A stretch of 35,205 bases of DNA, taken from the NCBI GenBank assembly GCA_943350065.1, contig CALQZZ010000001.1, positions 1-35,205 of the forward strand. Reading direction: 5' to 3'. Position numbers and translations under genes: made by a program. This DNA is from Candidatus Nomurabacteria bacterium. GTDB taxonomy: Bacteria > Patescibacteriota > Minisyncoccia > Phycocordibacterales > UBA9973. The first letter of the stretch is position 1. Each line of letters begins with the position of its first letter. Below, piece by piece: positions 6,116-13,688 of the stretch. The notes under the pieces were generated by a model. It was not told the DNA's origin, did not search any database, and worked only from the letters and a program-made list of their open reading frames with translations.

Positions 6116-7063
6116 TTATTTTTTACTATGAAATTTCTTATGCACTTCGAGAAGTTGCTTGTCTGTCACGTGAGTATAGATTTGTGTCGTGGCGATATTG
6201 GAATGTCCTAGCATCATTTGTACAGAGCGGATGTCTGCACCATTTGAAAGTAAATCAGTCGCGAAACAGTGCCTCACTACGTGCGGAGTCACTTTTTTAG
6301 AAATCCCAGCCATCGTCGCATATTGTTTTACAATTCTTTCTATTGACCTTCTTGTTAATGCTTTTGTGTCGAACACATCATCACCATTTTTATTTTTCGT
6401 TTTTTGATTCACTTCTTTACCGACTTGGATAAAAAGAGCTTCACTCATATCTTTTCTTTTTGCTAAATACGCTTTCACTGCATTTCGTGCATCTTCGGAA
6501 ATAAATACGACGCGAACCTTACCACCTTTTCCACGAATAGAATATTCATCGAGACTCAAATCTAAATCACTAGTTAGGGAACAAAGTTCTGACACACGAA
6601 GACCTGTAGAAAAAAGTAATTCGAGAATTGCTTTATCGCGAAGAGATTTCAAATCATTATCTTTCGGTGCATTTAAAAGTCTAGAAAGTTCAGCAGGAGA
6701 AATGAGGTCGAGGGATCGCTCTTGGACTTTGGCGAGTTCTATCTTATCAGCATGTAGTGATGTAATGTCTCTCTTTGCTAAAAATTTTAAAAACACGCGA
6801 AGTGCTATCAAATAATAATTCTGAGTTTTTTTAGACAAAGTTTTTCCTGTGGCTCTGTTGTTACCTGTAGATTGTCTGTTCAACCAGAGACGAAATTCAC
6901 GAACAACTTGGTCAGTAATTTCTTTCGCATTTTGTATCTTTGTATATTCAAAAAAACGAGTGAGGTAGTGCCCATAATTTTCGACAGTTTTAATACTGGA
7001 ACCTTTTTCAATTTCCAAATATTCCAAAAACTGCCTTTTTAAATTTTCTATCTCGGATGCCAT
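6116..7063 (-). CDS. xerC: tyrosine site-specific recombinase, XerC/XerD family
   Basis: N-terminal SAM-like domain. Catalytic residues in STGLRVSEL (Arg), HVVRHCFATDLL (His-x-x-Arg) and LGHSNIATTQIYTHV (His, Tyr). Confidence 0.88.
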   Translation of the reverse strand: MASEIENLKRQFLEYLEIEKGSSIKTVENYGHYLTRFFEYTKIQNAKEITDQVVREFRLWLNRQSTGNNRATGKTLSKKTQNYYLIALRVFLKFLAKRDITSLHADKIELAKVQERSLDLISPAELSRLLNAPKDNDLKSLRDKAILELLFSTGLRVSELCSLTSDLDLSLDEYSIRGKGGKVRVVFISEDARNAVKAYLAKRKDMSEALFIQVGKEVNQKTKNKNGDDVFDTKALTRRSIERIVKQYATMAGISKKVTPHVVRHCFATDLLSNGADIRSVQMMLGHSNIATTQIYTHVTDKQLLEVHKKFHSKK

Positions 7064-7069
7064 GCACTA

Positions 7070-7078
7070 ATTTTAGCA
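7070..7078 (-). promoter_or_regulatory. extended -10 TGcTAAAAT, 6 nt before the xerC ATG (leaderless)
   Basis: Minus-strand reading: TGCTAAAAT-tagtgc-ATG. Confidence 0.55.
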
Positions 7079-7098
7079 TAATATTGTGCGACATGGAG

Positions 7099-7194
7099 TT
7101 CCTCCTCCCCTTCGCTAAGGGGAGGAATGAGGAGGGGTGCTGAATTCTACACCCCCACCCAACCTCCCCCTTGGCAAAGGGGGAGGAGAATACC
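7099..7194. repeat. GC-rich nested-palindrome repeat, complete head-to-head pair
   Basis: Hairpins CCTCCCCTT-CGCT-AAGGGGAGG (7104-7125) and CCTCCCCCTT-GGCA-AAGGGGGAGG (7163-7186). The arms are mutually inverted around a central GAATTC (7142-7147). Confidence 0.9.
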
Positions 7195-7217
7195 ATCTTG
7201 CAAAAGTTCTGAGCTTA

Positions 7218-7226
7218 TGCTAGTAT
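7218..7226 (+). promoter_or_regulatory. extended -10 TGcTAGTAT, 7 nt before the rpsO ATG (leaderless)
   Basis: TGCTAGTAT-ataaaac-ATG. No Shine-Dalgarno. Confidence 0.55.
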
Positions 7227-7233
7227 ATAAAAC

Positions 7234-7497
7234 ATGTTAGCAACAAAGAAAAAACAAGCAGTTATAAAGAAACACCAAAAGCACGAGAAAGACACTGGTT
7301 CTTCTCAAGTGCAAGTGGCTATTTTATCTACACAAATAGACGAACTAGCAAAACACTTAAAGAAGCACAAGAAAGATAATCACTCTCGCCGTGGACTTAT
7401 CAAAATGGTAGCAGACCGCAGAACACATCTGAAATACTTAATGAGAAAAGACAAAGCTGCTTACGATGAGATAATGAAGAAAATGGAATTAGCATAA
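7234..7497 (+). CDS. rpsO: 30S ribosomal protein S15
   Basis: 87 aa with GSSQVQVAILSTQIDELAKHLKKHKKDNHSRRGL..MVADRRTHLKYL, the classic S15 signature. Strong terminator follows. Confidence 0.95.
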   Translation: MLATKKKQAVIKKHQKHEKDTGSSQVQVAILSTQIDELAKHLKKHKKDNHSRRGLIKMVADRRTHLKYLMRKDKAAYDEIMKKMELA

Positions 7498-7503
7498 AAA
7501 ACA

Positions 7504-7533
7504 AAAATCCTCTTTCAAGAGGATTTTTGTTTA
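7504..7533 (+). terminator. rpsO terminator
   Basis: AAAATCCTCTT-(TC)-AAGAGGATTTT, then TGTTT. Confidence 0.85.
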
Positions 7534-7634
7534 GGGATTCCCCCCCCTCCTTAATAAGGAGAGGATTGAGGTGAGGTTCTTAATTCAATGCACCTCATCC
7601 CGACCTTCTCCTTGTAAAGGAGAAGGGGAATAAA
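7534..7634. repeat. GC-rich nested-palindrome repeat, complete head-to-head pair (copy 1 of a near-identical pair)
   Basis: CTCCTTAATAAGGAGAGGATTGAGGTGAGGTTCTTAATTCAATGCACCTCATCCCGACCTTCTCCTTGTAAAGGAGAAGGGGAATAAAA. Matches 34106-34192 with only 3 substitutions. Confidence 0.92.
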
Positions 7635-7647
7635 ATTAAAAAAGTAG

Positions 7648-7653
7648 TATAAT
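7648..7653 (+). promoter_or_regulatory. -10 TATAAT, 7 nt before the NYN-gene ATG (leaderless)
   Basis: GTAGTATAAT-aaataat-ATG. Confidence 0.5.
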
Positions 7654-7660
7654 AAATAAT

Positions 7661-8176
7661 ATGAGTATAATAAAACATAAAGAACAACGCGTCGCAGTTT
7701 TCATAGATACACAAAATGTCTATCATAGTGCACGCAACCTATATCACGCTCGCGTGAACTTCGGAAATATTTTGAAGGACGTAGTCGCAGGACGCAAACT
7801 CGTGCGTGCTGTAGCATACGTCATCACGACTGAAGCAGGGGACGAAAATAAATTTTTCGAAGCATTAAATAAAATCGGAATCGAAACTAAAACAAAAGAT
7901 TTACAAATCTTTGCTGGAGGTGCGAAGAAAGCTGACTGGGATGTCGGCCTTGCTATGGATGTGATCAAAATGGCACCAAAACTCGATGCTGTCGTCATCG
8001 TCTCTGGTGATGGAGATTTTATTCCACTCGTAGAATATTTACAAACTATCGGTGTGCAAGTCGAAGTCGCTTCATTCGGCAAATCAACTTCTGGAAAACT
8101 CCGCGAAGCTGTCGACGAATTTTTCGACCTATCCGAAAATCCTAGAAAGTATTTGATTGGAGGAAATAATAAATAA
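7661..8176 (+). CDS. NYN domain / LabA-like (DUF88) protein, putative RNase
   Basis: RVAVFIDTQNVYHSARN and VVIVSGDGDFIPLVEYLQ..GVQVEV are NYN/LabA hallmarks. 171 aa. Confidence 0.8.
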   Translation: MSIIKHKEQRVAVFIDTQNVYHSARNLYHARVNFGNILKDVVAGRKLVRAVAYVITTEAGDENKFFEALNKIGIETKTKDLQIFAGGAKKADWDVGLAMDVIKMAPKLDAVVIVSGDGDFIPLVEYLQTIGVQVEVASFGKSTSGKLREAVDEFFDLSENPRKYLIGGNNK

Positions 8177-8185
8177 AAAAGAAAC

Positions 8186-8217
8186 AAAAAATCCTGACTA
8201 GCCTCAGGATTTTTTGT
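8186..8217 (+). terminator. terminator after the NYN gene
   Basis: ATCCTGA-CTAGCC-TCAGGAT, then TTTTTGTTT. Confidence 0.8.
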
Positions 8218-8304
8218 TTGACAAAATGTGTTTAAATTGTTAATCTAAATTCAGAAATTTGAAATAATGTTTAACAAATAAACCCGTTAAGAGCGGAGAA
8301 AAAA

Positions 8305-8601
8305 ATGAGAACAAGAGTTATTGCAGTAGATTTTAAAAAATTAGATGAAGAAAAACATGCCTTCGAAAAAACTTTTGAAGATGCTATGCCCAATGTTGAT
8401 GTTTTTACTAAAACGGGCGATAAAATTATTGCTCTTAAAATTTTAGAAACAGATTATGGAATAGCATCTGTTTCAGTAGATTTTGAAAATAGTATTACAA
8501 CATACAACTGTATTATTGAAATAGATGATTCAAAACGTAAATCATTTTTAGAAAAAGGTTGGTCCGAACATATTTGGAAACCAGCAAAAATCGTTTTATA
8601 A
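8305..8601 (+). CDS. hypothetical protein (98 aa)
   Basis: ORF track entry. GGAG Shine-Dalgarno 7 nt upstream (8294-8297); own terminator at 8616-8647. Confidence 0.6.
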   Translation: MRTRVIAVDFKKLDEEKHAFEKTFEDAMPNVDVFTKTGDKIIALKILETDYGIASVSVDFENSITTYNCIIEIDDSKRKSFLEKGWSEHIWKPAKIVL

Positions 8602-8615
8602 ATATAATTAACATT

Positions 8616-8647
8616 AACAATACAGCTCAGCTGTATTGTTTTTTTAT
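8616..8647 (+). terminator. terminator after 8305..8601
   Basis: AACAATACAG-CTCAG-CTGTATTGTT, then TTTTTT. Confidence 0.8.
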
Positions 8648-8676
8648 TTCCAAATTTTTACTTTTTAACCCCAAAA

Positions 8677-8688
8677 TGCTAGTATAAT
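8677..8688 (+). promoter_or_regulatory. pnp promoter TGCTAGTATAAT, followed by a leader of about 180 nt
   Basis: Same ATGCTAGTATA core as the rpsO promoter. Here the ATG is at 8870, giving a long structured 5' UTR. Confidence 0.5.
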
Positions 8689-8817
8689 CAGTATATTTAA
8701 CAGTTAATCAGTTTGTCTTCAGACACACAGTAGTGTACATCAAGAATGTGGAACATCTTGTTATCACGTTTCACAGATGGAACAATACTCTAGTTTGGAG
8801 ATAAACTAAACTTTTTC

Positions 8818-8866
8818 TTTCCCTCTCTAAATCTACATTTGGGGAGGGTCAGGGAGGGGTAAATAA
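8818..8866. repeat. truncated unit of the GC-rich repeat family immediately upstream of pnp
   Basis: GGGGAGGGTCAGGGAGGGGTAAAT (8841-8864). Its reverse complement, TTACCCCTCCCTGACCCTCCCC, matches the 5' arm of the unit at 6061-6114. Supplies GGAGG 12 nt upstream of the pnp ATG. Confidence 0.75.
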
Positions 8867-8869
8867 AAT

Positions 8870-11023
8870 ATGCAAAAAAAAGAGTATGAAGTAGAAATCG
8901 GTGGAAAAATTATGACCGCTATTTTTTCAGATCTAGCTGACCAAGCACATGGTTCAGTGATGTTGAAATACGGCGAGACTATAGTATTAGCGACAGCTTG
9001 TATGAGTAAAGACAAGCAAGCAGGTTTAGGATTTTTTAATCTCACAGTTGATTACGCAGAAAAATTTTATGCAACTGGAAAAATTCTCGGTTCACAATAT
9101 GTCCGCCGTGAAGGTAAACCATCAAACGAAGCGATCCTCGCATCTCGTGTGATCGACAGAACCATCCGTCCACTCTTCGACCAAAATCTTCGCCACGCAG
9201 TGCAAGTGATAGTGACTGTTATTGCTTGTGATGATAATGATCCAGCGATGCTCGCAGTGAATGCTGCATCACTCGCACTCGTCGTTTCAAATATTCCATG
9301 GAAGGGACCGATTGGTTGTGTGAGAATTGGAAAGTATGATGATGATAATTTAGTAGTGAATGCTTCAACTACAAAAAGACAAGAAGAGTATCCATACAAA
9401 TTTGACCTTACTGTTTGTGGAAGAGAGGGAACAATAAATATGATCGAAGCTGCCGCAAGACAAGCAAAAGAAGAAGAGCTAACAATCGCATTAGAAACAG
9501 CAAGTAAAGAAATCACAAAATTAGAAGATTTCCAAAAGAAGATCCAAGCAGAAATTGGAAAAACAAAAAGAGAAATAATTCACGACAAAATCAGTGAAGA
9601 ATCTGTCACATTGTTTAAAGAAAATATTTTACCAAAAATGGAAGCTGCTATTTTCGCAGGAGCAGGAAAAGCAAAGATTGATGAATTGCATTCTATTTGG
9701 AACGAACTCGTAAAAGAAAAATATCGCCAAGAAATAAAACAGGGTGATAGAAAAGATTTCCAACTCGAAGATGATATTTTCGACGAAACAGAAAACGATA
9801 TGCTCCACGAAAAAGCTATCAAAGAAAATCGTCGTGCTGATGGTCGCGCGATGGATGAAGTTAGACAACTCTATGCACAAGCCGGAGGTCTTTCAAAAAT
9901 TCTACATGGCTCAGGAATTTTTTATCGTGGAGGAACACATGTACTCTCTGCACTCACACTCGGTGGTCCAGATGACAAACAAGAAGTAAACGGAATGGAT
10001 TTACAAACTTCACGCAGATTTATGCATCACTATAATTTTCCTCCATTCTCTGCAGGAGAACCAGGAAGAAGTGGTTTCACAAATCGTCGTGAAGTCGGAC
10101 ACGGAGCACTCGCTGAAAAAGCATTGCTCATGGTTCTACCAGAAAAAGAAATTTTTCCTTACACTATTCGTATCGTTTCTGAATCAACTGCATCAAACGG
10201 TTCAACTTCACAAGCAAGTATTTGTGCATCGACTCTCGCACTGATGGATGCTGGTGTTCCAATCAAAGCCCCTGTCGCAGGAATCGCGATGGGACTAATG
10301 TATGAAAATGATAATGCATATAAAATTTTGACAGACATCCAAGGTCCAGAAGATCATCACGGTGATATGGATTTCAAAGTCGCAGGAACACGTGAAGGAA
10401 TCACAGCAATCCAACTCGATGTAAAAGTTGATGGTGTGCCAATAAAGATTTTAAGTGAAGCAATGGCGCAAAGTAAAAAAGCTCGCCTCACAATCCTCGA
10501 TACTATTGAAAAAGAAATCTCAAAGCCTCGTGATCATATTTCTCCAAATGCTCCAGAAATTTTGATAATTAAAATCAGACCAGATCAAATCGGTGGAGTC
10601 ATCGGTTCTGGTGGAAAAATAATTAAAGATATTAAAGAGAGAAGTGGTGCCGAAGTCACTATCGAAGACGATGGAACAGTATACTTCACAGGCCGTGACG
10701 GCTCTGCAGGTAAAGCAAAACAAATCGTTGAAGAAATGACACATCAATACGCTGTCGGAGATATGATAAATGGGGAAGTAGTAAAGATTGCAGACTTTGG
10801 TGCATTCGTCAGACTAAATGATTTTACAGATGGAATGGTTCACATTTCTGAAATCGCACCTTTCCGTGTTAACGCTGTAGCTGAATTGATTAAAGAAGGA
10901 ATGATCGTACCAGTAAAAGTTATCGGTATCGATGCACAAAGAGGGAAAATCAGTCTATCTATCAAAGAAGCAAATCCTACTTTCTTCCAACCAAAACTAC
11001 CACCGCAAACACCTCAAGCATAA
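8870..11023 (+). CDS. pnp: polyribonucleotide nucleotidyltransferase (PNPase)
   Basis: 717 aa. Two RNase PH domains (RADGR, FMHHYNFPPFS, GSTSQASICASTLALMDAGVP, DHHGDMDFKVAG), a KH domain (GGVIGSGGKIIKDI) and an S1 domain (GEVVKIADFGAFVRL..DGMVHISE). Confidence 0.96.
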   Translation: MQKKEYEVEIGGKIMTAIFSDLADQAHGSVMLKYGETIVLATACMSKDKQAGLGFFNLTVDYAEKFYATGKILGSQYVRREGKPSNEAILASRVIDRTIRPLFDQNLRHAVQVIVTVIACDDNDPAMLAVNAASLALVVSNIPWKGPIGCVRIGKYDDDNLVVNASTTKRQEEYPYKFDLTVCGREGTINMIEAAARQAKEEELTIALETASKEITKLEDFQKKIQAEIGKTKREIIHDKISEESVTLFKENILPKMEAAIFAGAGKAKIDELHSIWNELVKEKYRQEIKQGDRKDFQLEDDIFDETENDMLHEKAIKENRRADGRAMDEVRQLYAQAGGLSKILHGSGIFYRGGTHVLSALTLGGPDDKQEVNGMDLQTSRRFMHHYNFPPFSAGEPGRSGFTNRREVGHGALAEKALLMVLPEKEIFPYTIRIVSESTASNGSTSQASICASTLALMDAGVPIKAPVAGIAMGLMYENDNAYKILTDIQGPEDHHGDMDFKVAGTREGITAIQLDVKVDGVPIKILSEAMAQSKKARLTILDTIEKEISKPRDHISPNAPEILIIKIRPDQIGGVIGSGGKIIKDIKERSGAEVTIEDDGTVYFTGRDGSAGKAKQIVEEMTHQYAVGDMINGEVVKIADFGAFVRLNDFTDGMVHISEIAPFRVNAVAELIKEGMIVPVKVIGIDAQRGKISLSIKEANPTFFQPKLPPQTPQA

Positions 11024-11030
11024 TAAAATA

Positions 11031-11066
11031 AAAAATCCTCACCTAGTGTGAGGATTTTTTATTTTT
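11031..11066 (+). terminator. pnp terminator
   Basis: AATCCTCAC-CTAGT-GTGAGGATT, then TTTTATTTTT. Confidence 0.85.
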
Positions 11067-11074
11067 GCTATACT
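11066..11074 (+). promoter_or_regulatory. extended -10 TGcTATACT, 8 nt before ATG 11083
   Basis: TGCTATACT-tatcagat-ATG. Confidence 0.45.
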
Positions 11075-11082
11075 TATCAGAT

Positions 11083-11976
11083 ATGGAAGGGAATGAATTA
11101 AATACTCCAAAACCAATTGAAATAAAAGAAGAACCAATCCTCACAAAAAAAGGAATGGTGCAGACATATGCCGAAGATATGGCAAAAGCTGCAGAAAGTA
11201 TTCAAGGAATAGAACTAAAGAAACTCATCGAGCGTGATGAGCAATTTGGTGAGCAAAAAGAAAACTTTTCTCCTGAATCAAAGAAGAATAAGATTTTGAT
11301 GATTATTTCTACTGTCTTAATGATTGCTACTGTGGCACTGGTTTTTTTAGTATATAAAAATACTAATAAAATAGTTAGCGTACCAATAACACAACAAAAC
11401 AAATCTATAATCTTTACAGACAAGACTCAATTTTTACCAATTGATACACTTTCCAAAGACCAAATAATTCAAACCATAAAAAATGAAGTTCTAAACACTG
11501 ATGTAAAAAACAACGGAGTAGAAGCTATCTATTTAACAGAAAATAATAAAGTTATTGGTTTTAATAGATTTGTTAGTCTATTACAAATGAATGTACCGTC
11601 AGAAATTTCAAGTTATACGGATGACAATTTTCTGATTGGTGCATACAGTGGAACAACAAAATCATTTTTTATTTTATTAAAAGTTAATTCTTTCACTGAT
11701 ATTTTCCCTGGTTTTAAAATCTGGGAAAATCAAATATTTAACGATTTGCATAGCCTTTTTGGTATTGAAATAAATCCTGACACAAAAGACTTATTGACTA
11801 CAAGTTTCACTGATAATATTGTAAACAATAAAAATGCTCGAACACTAACAGATAAAAATGGAAAAACAATTTTAGAATATGTTTATGTAACTGAAACCTC
11901 TGTCGTTATCATAGGAAATGATGAGACGGCTATTGAAATAATGCTTAGATTGTCTACTGGACAAGTAGGAAAGTAG
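11083..11976 (+). CDS. hypothetical N-terminally membrane-anchored protein
   Basis: Track ORF starts at TTG 11065; I prefer ATG 11083 (MEGNELN), which lies 8 nt after a TGcTATACT box. Single TM helix ILMIISTVLMIATVALVFLVY, then an extracytoplasmic domain. Confidence 0.65.
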   Translation: MEGNELNTPKPIEIKEEPILTKKGMVQTYAEDMAKAAESIQGIELKKLIERDEQFGEQKENFSPESKKNKILMIISTVLMIATVALVFLVYKNTNKIVSVPITQQNKSIIFTDKTQFLPIDTLSKDQIIQTIKNEVLNTDVKNNGVEAIYLTENNKVIGFNRFVSLLQMNVPSEISSYTDDNFLIGAYSGTTKSFFILLKVNSFTDIFPGFKIWENQIFNDLHSLFGIEINPDTKDLLTTSFTDNIVNNKNARTLTDKNGKTILEYVYVTETSVVIIGNDETAIEIMLRLSTGQVGK

Positions 11977-12065
11977 AATGCTATTATTTAGGTACTTGTC
12001 CCGTAGTAAATTTTTGATTACGGGTATATAAGAAGATTATTAATTAATAAAATTTTACTACTGGG

Positions 12066-12425
12066 ATGCCATTAAACAAACAAAAAATTAAAGAAGATTT
12101 AGAAAAAGAAAGAGATGTCTTAGTAGGCCAAATGGGTGACATGGGAAAAATGAATCCCGAGACAGGTGAATGGGAAGCTCAACCAGAAGCACAAGACTTT
12201 CCTGAAGCAGATTCCAATGATCAAGCCGACCGTTTCGAAGAATATGAAAGTCGTAGTTCAATGATAAAAGATCTAGGAAATCGATTAAAAAATATTTTAT
12301 TTTCAATTAAAAATATCAACAAAGTTTCATTTGGAAAATGTACTGTTTGCGGAAAAGAAATAGAATTAGCTAGAATGAAAGCCAATCCCGCCGCCACAAC
12401 TTGTAAAAAACATTTAGAGAATTAA
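12066..12425 (+). CDS. DksA/TraR-family C4-type zinc-finger protein
   Basis: Acidic coiled N-terminal part, then C-terminal CTVCGKEIELARMKANPAATTCKKH (CxxC-N17-CxxH), as in TraR/DksA proteins. Confidence 0.72.
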   Translation: MPLNKQKIKEDLEKERDVLVGQMGDMGKMNPETGEWEAQPEAQDFPEADSNDQADRFEEYESRSSMIKDLGNRLKNILFSIKNINKVSFGKCTVCGKEIELARMKANPAATTCKKHLEN

Positions 12426-12454
12426 GAAATATTAAAAGATAAAATAGAAAAGAA

Positions 12455-12484
12455 AAAAGAGCGACCTTCGGTCGCTCTTTTGAT
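12455..12484. terminator. bidirectional terminator between the dksA-like gene and 12485..12772
   Basis: AAGAGCGACC-TTCG-GGTCGCTCTT, with A-run and T-run on the two sides. Confidence 0.85.
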
Positions 12485-12772
12485 TTAATACCAATATTCT
12501 ATATTGCACGTAGCTGTTCCCGAAGAATGTTCTACAAAAGAAACAATTCTAATATAGCTATATTGTCTTTTTTCTTGTTTTTTTTTCTTGAGCACTTCTT
12601 TTTCTGTCATATAACGTACTATGAACATATCTTTTGTTCCTGTACCTGGTTTGTATTTATAGAAAAAATATAGCTCCCGTAAAGCCATAAAAATTACAAT
12701 CAATATTCCTATTGACATTATTATTGTTCCAACTTCAGTAAATAGAACAATTTTATTTTCTAATGCATTCAT
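12485..12772 (-). CDS. hypothetical small membrane protein (95 aa)
   Basis: ORF track entry with one TM helix (IIMSIGILIVIFMALRELYFF). Convergent with the dksA-like gene and shares its bidirectional terminator. Confidence 0.45.
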   Translation of the reverse strand: MNALENKIVLFTEVGTIIMSIGILIVIFMALRELYFFYKYKPGTGTKDMFIVRYMTEKEVLKKKKQEKRQYSYIRIVSFVEHSSGTATCNIEYWY

Positions 12773-12873
12773 TTTTATTTAATTTTTAAAGTTCAAGCCA
12801 AAATTGACTCTGGGTATATTATATGCTATAAATACAGTATTGTCATTAAGTCGTCGACAACCGACAATCCATA

Positions 12874-12882
12874 TGCTAGAAT
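12874..12882 (+). promoter_or_regulatory. extended -10 TGcTAGAAT, 6 nt before the TrmB-2 ATG (leaderless)
   Basis: TGCTAGAAT-ggtttt-ATG. Confidence 0.55.
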
Positions 12883-12888
12883 GGTTTT

Positions 12889-13650
12889 ATGGAATTAGAA
12901 ACAATCTTATCTCTGATAGGTGTATCTGGAAGCCCACAACGGGTGCTTTTGGAGTTAATGACGAATGGTCCACAAACTGCGTCTTTTCTAGCCAAAAAGC
13001 TCTCTTTACCTCGCCCGAGCGTATATGATGCACTTCACATACTCGAAGAAAAAGGATTTGTCGTGTCTCAAGACGAAAATGGAAAAAGTATTTTTTCTGC
13101 GAAACATCCAGAGACTATTTTGCAAATTATTGATAATTCAAAAGAAAAATTGGAAAAGGCAAAAACAGATTTTTCTTTACTTATTCCAAACCTTTTAAAC
13201 TCTCCAAAAATTACCGAACCAAAAATTGAAATGTTTTCAGGAAAAGAAGGGTGTCAGCAAACAATGAGAGATATTCTTTGGTACAAAAACATCGAAACAT
13301 ATACACTTTGGCCAATGGATAAAATGATTGATGTTTTAACTCCAGAGTTTCTCGAGTGGCATAACAAAAAAAGAGTTGAGAATAATATTAGTGTAAAATC
13401 TACCCGCAAAGCGTCTGATAAAGACATAAGCGATACATATCCATTTCTAGGAATTCGTCACGAAGATTTAAGAGAAGTAAAACTTCTTTCAAAAGGAGTA
13501 GAGCTCTCTATGTCGTATTGGATCTATGCAAACAATGTAGCTTTTGTCTCAACTGAAAAAGAATTGTATGGATTTATTGTTCATAGTAAAGAATTTGCAG
13601 ACATGATGAAGTTTAATTTCGACCTGATATGGGGAATTTCGAAAAACTAA
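12889..13650 (+). CDS. TrmB-family transcriptional regulator (second paralog)
   Basis: wHTH GVSGSPQRVLLELMTNGPQTASFLAKKLSLPRPSVYDALHILEEKGFV. Same length class as 1933..2682. ATG lies 6 nt after TGcTAGAAT. Confidence 0.8.
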   Translation: MELETILSLIGVSGSPQRVLLELMTNGPQTASFLAKKLSLPRPSVYDALHILEEKGFVVSQDENGKSIFSAKHPETILQIIDNSKEKLEKAKTDFSLLIPNLLNSPKITEPKIEMFSGKEGCQQTMRDILWYKNIETYTLWPMDKMIDVLTPEFLEWHNKKRVENNISVKSTRKASDKDISDTYPFLGIRHEDLREVKLLSKGVELSMSYWIYANNVAFVSTEKELYGFIVHSKEFADMMKFNFDLIWGISKN

Positions 13651-13659
13651 CTTTTTATA

Positions 13660-13688
13660 AAAATACACAGGGTTCCCCTGTGTATTTT
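13660..13688. repeat. REP-like hairpin, left copy (13-bp stem, 3-nt loop); also a convergent terminator
   Basis: Perfect stem read directly. Abuts the RAYT stop codon and lies 10 nt after the TrmB-2 stop. Confidence 0.85.

Noticed and set aside
3307-7063. Integron-like array (cassettes with attC-type hairpins plus a nearby tyrosine recombinase)
   Set aside because: The terminal hairpins lack the RYYYAAC/GTTRRRY attC core. The recombinase is an ordinary 315-aa Xer-type protein on the wrong side and in the wrong orientation, with xth in between. There is no attI/Pc arrangement.
7099-7194. dif-like Xer recombination site (palindrome with a central 6-8 bp spacer next to xerC)
   Set aside because: The arms (CCTCCCC-type hairpins) bear no resemblance to the AT-rich dif consensus arms, and the same element family occurs far from xerC and inside genes.
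7008-7196. 62-aa ORF (MVFSSPFAKGEVGWG...)
   Set aside because: It lies entirely within the palindromic repeat pair and overlaps the xerC start. It is a translation artefact of the GC-rich repeat.
7744-8187. 147-aa antisense ORF covering almost the whole NYN gene
   Set aside because: The sense strand has clear NYN/LabA motifs, a promoter and a terminator. The antisense ORF is Ser/Thr/Ala-rich low-information sequence, typical of a shadow ORF in a locally GC-richer gene.
6040-8866. CRISPR array formed by the GC-rich repeats
   Set aside because: The copies are irregularly spaced and separated by whole genes, occur in both orientations and are only about 80 percent similar. There are no uniform spacers and no cas genes.
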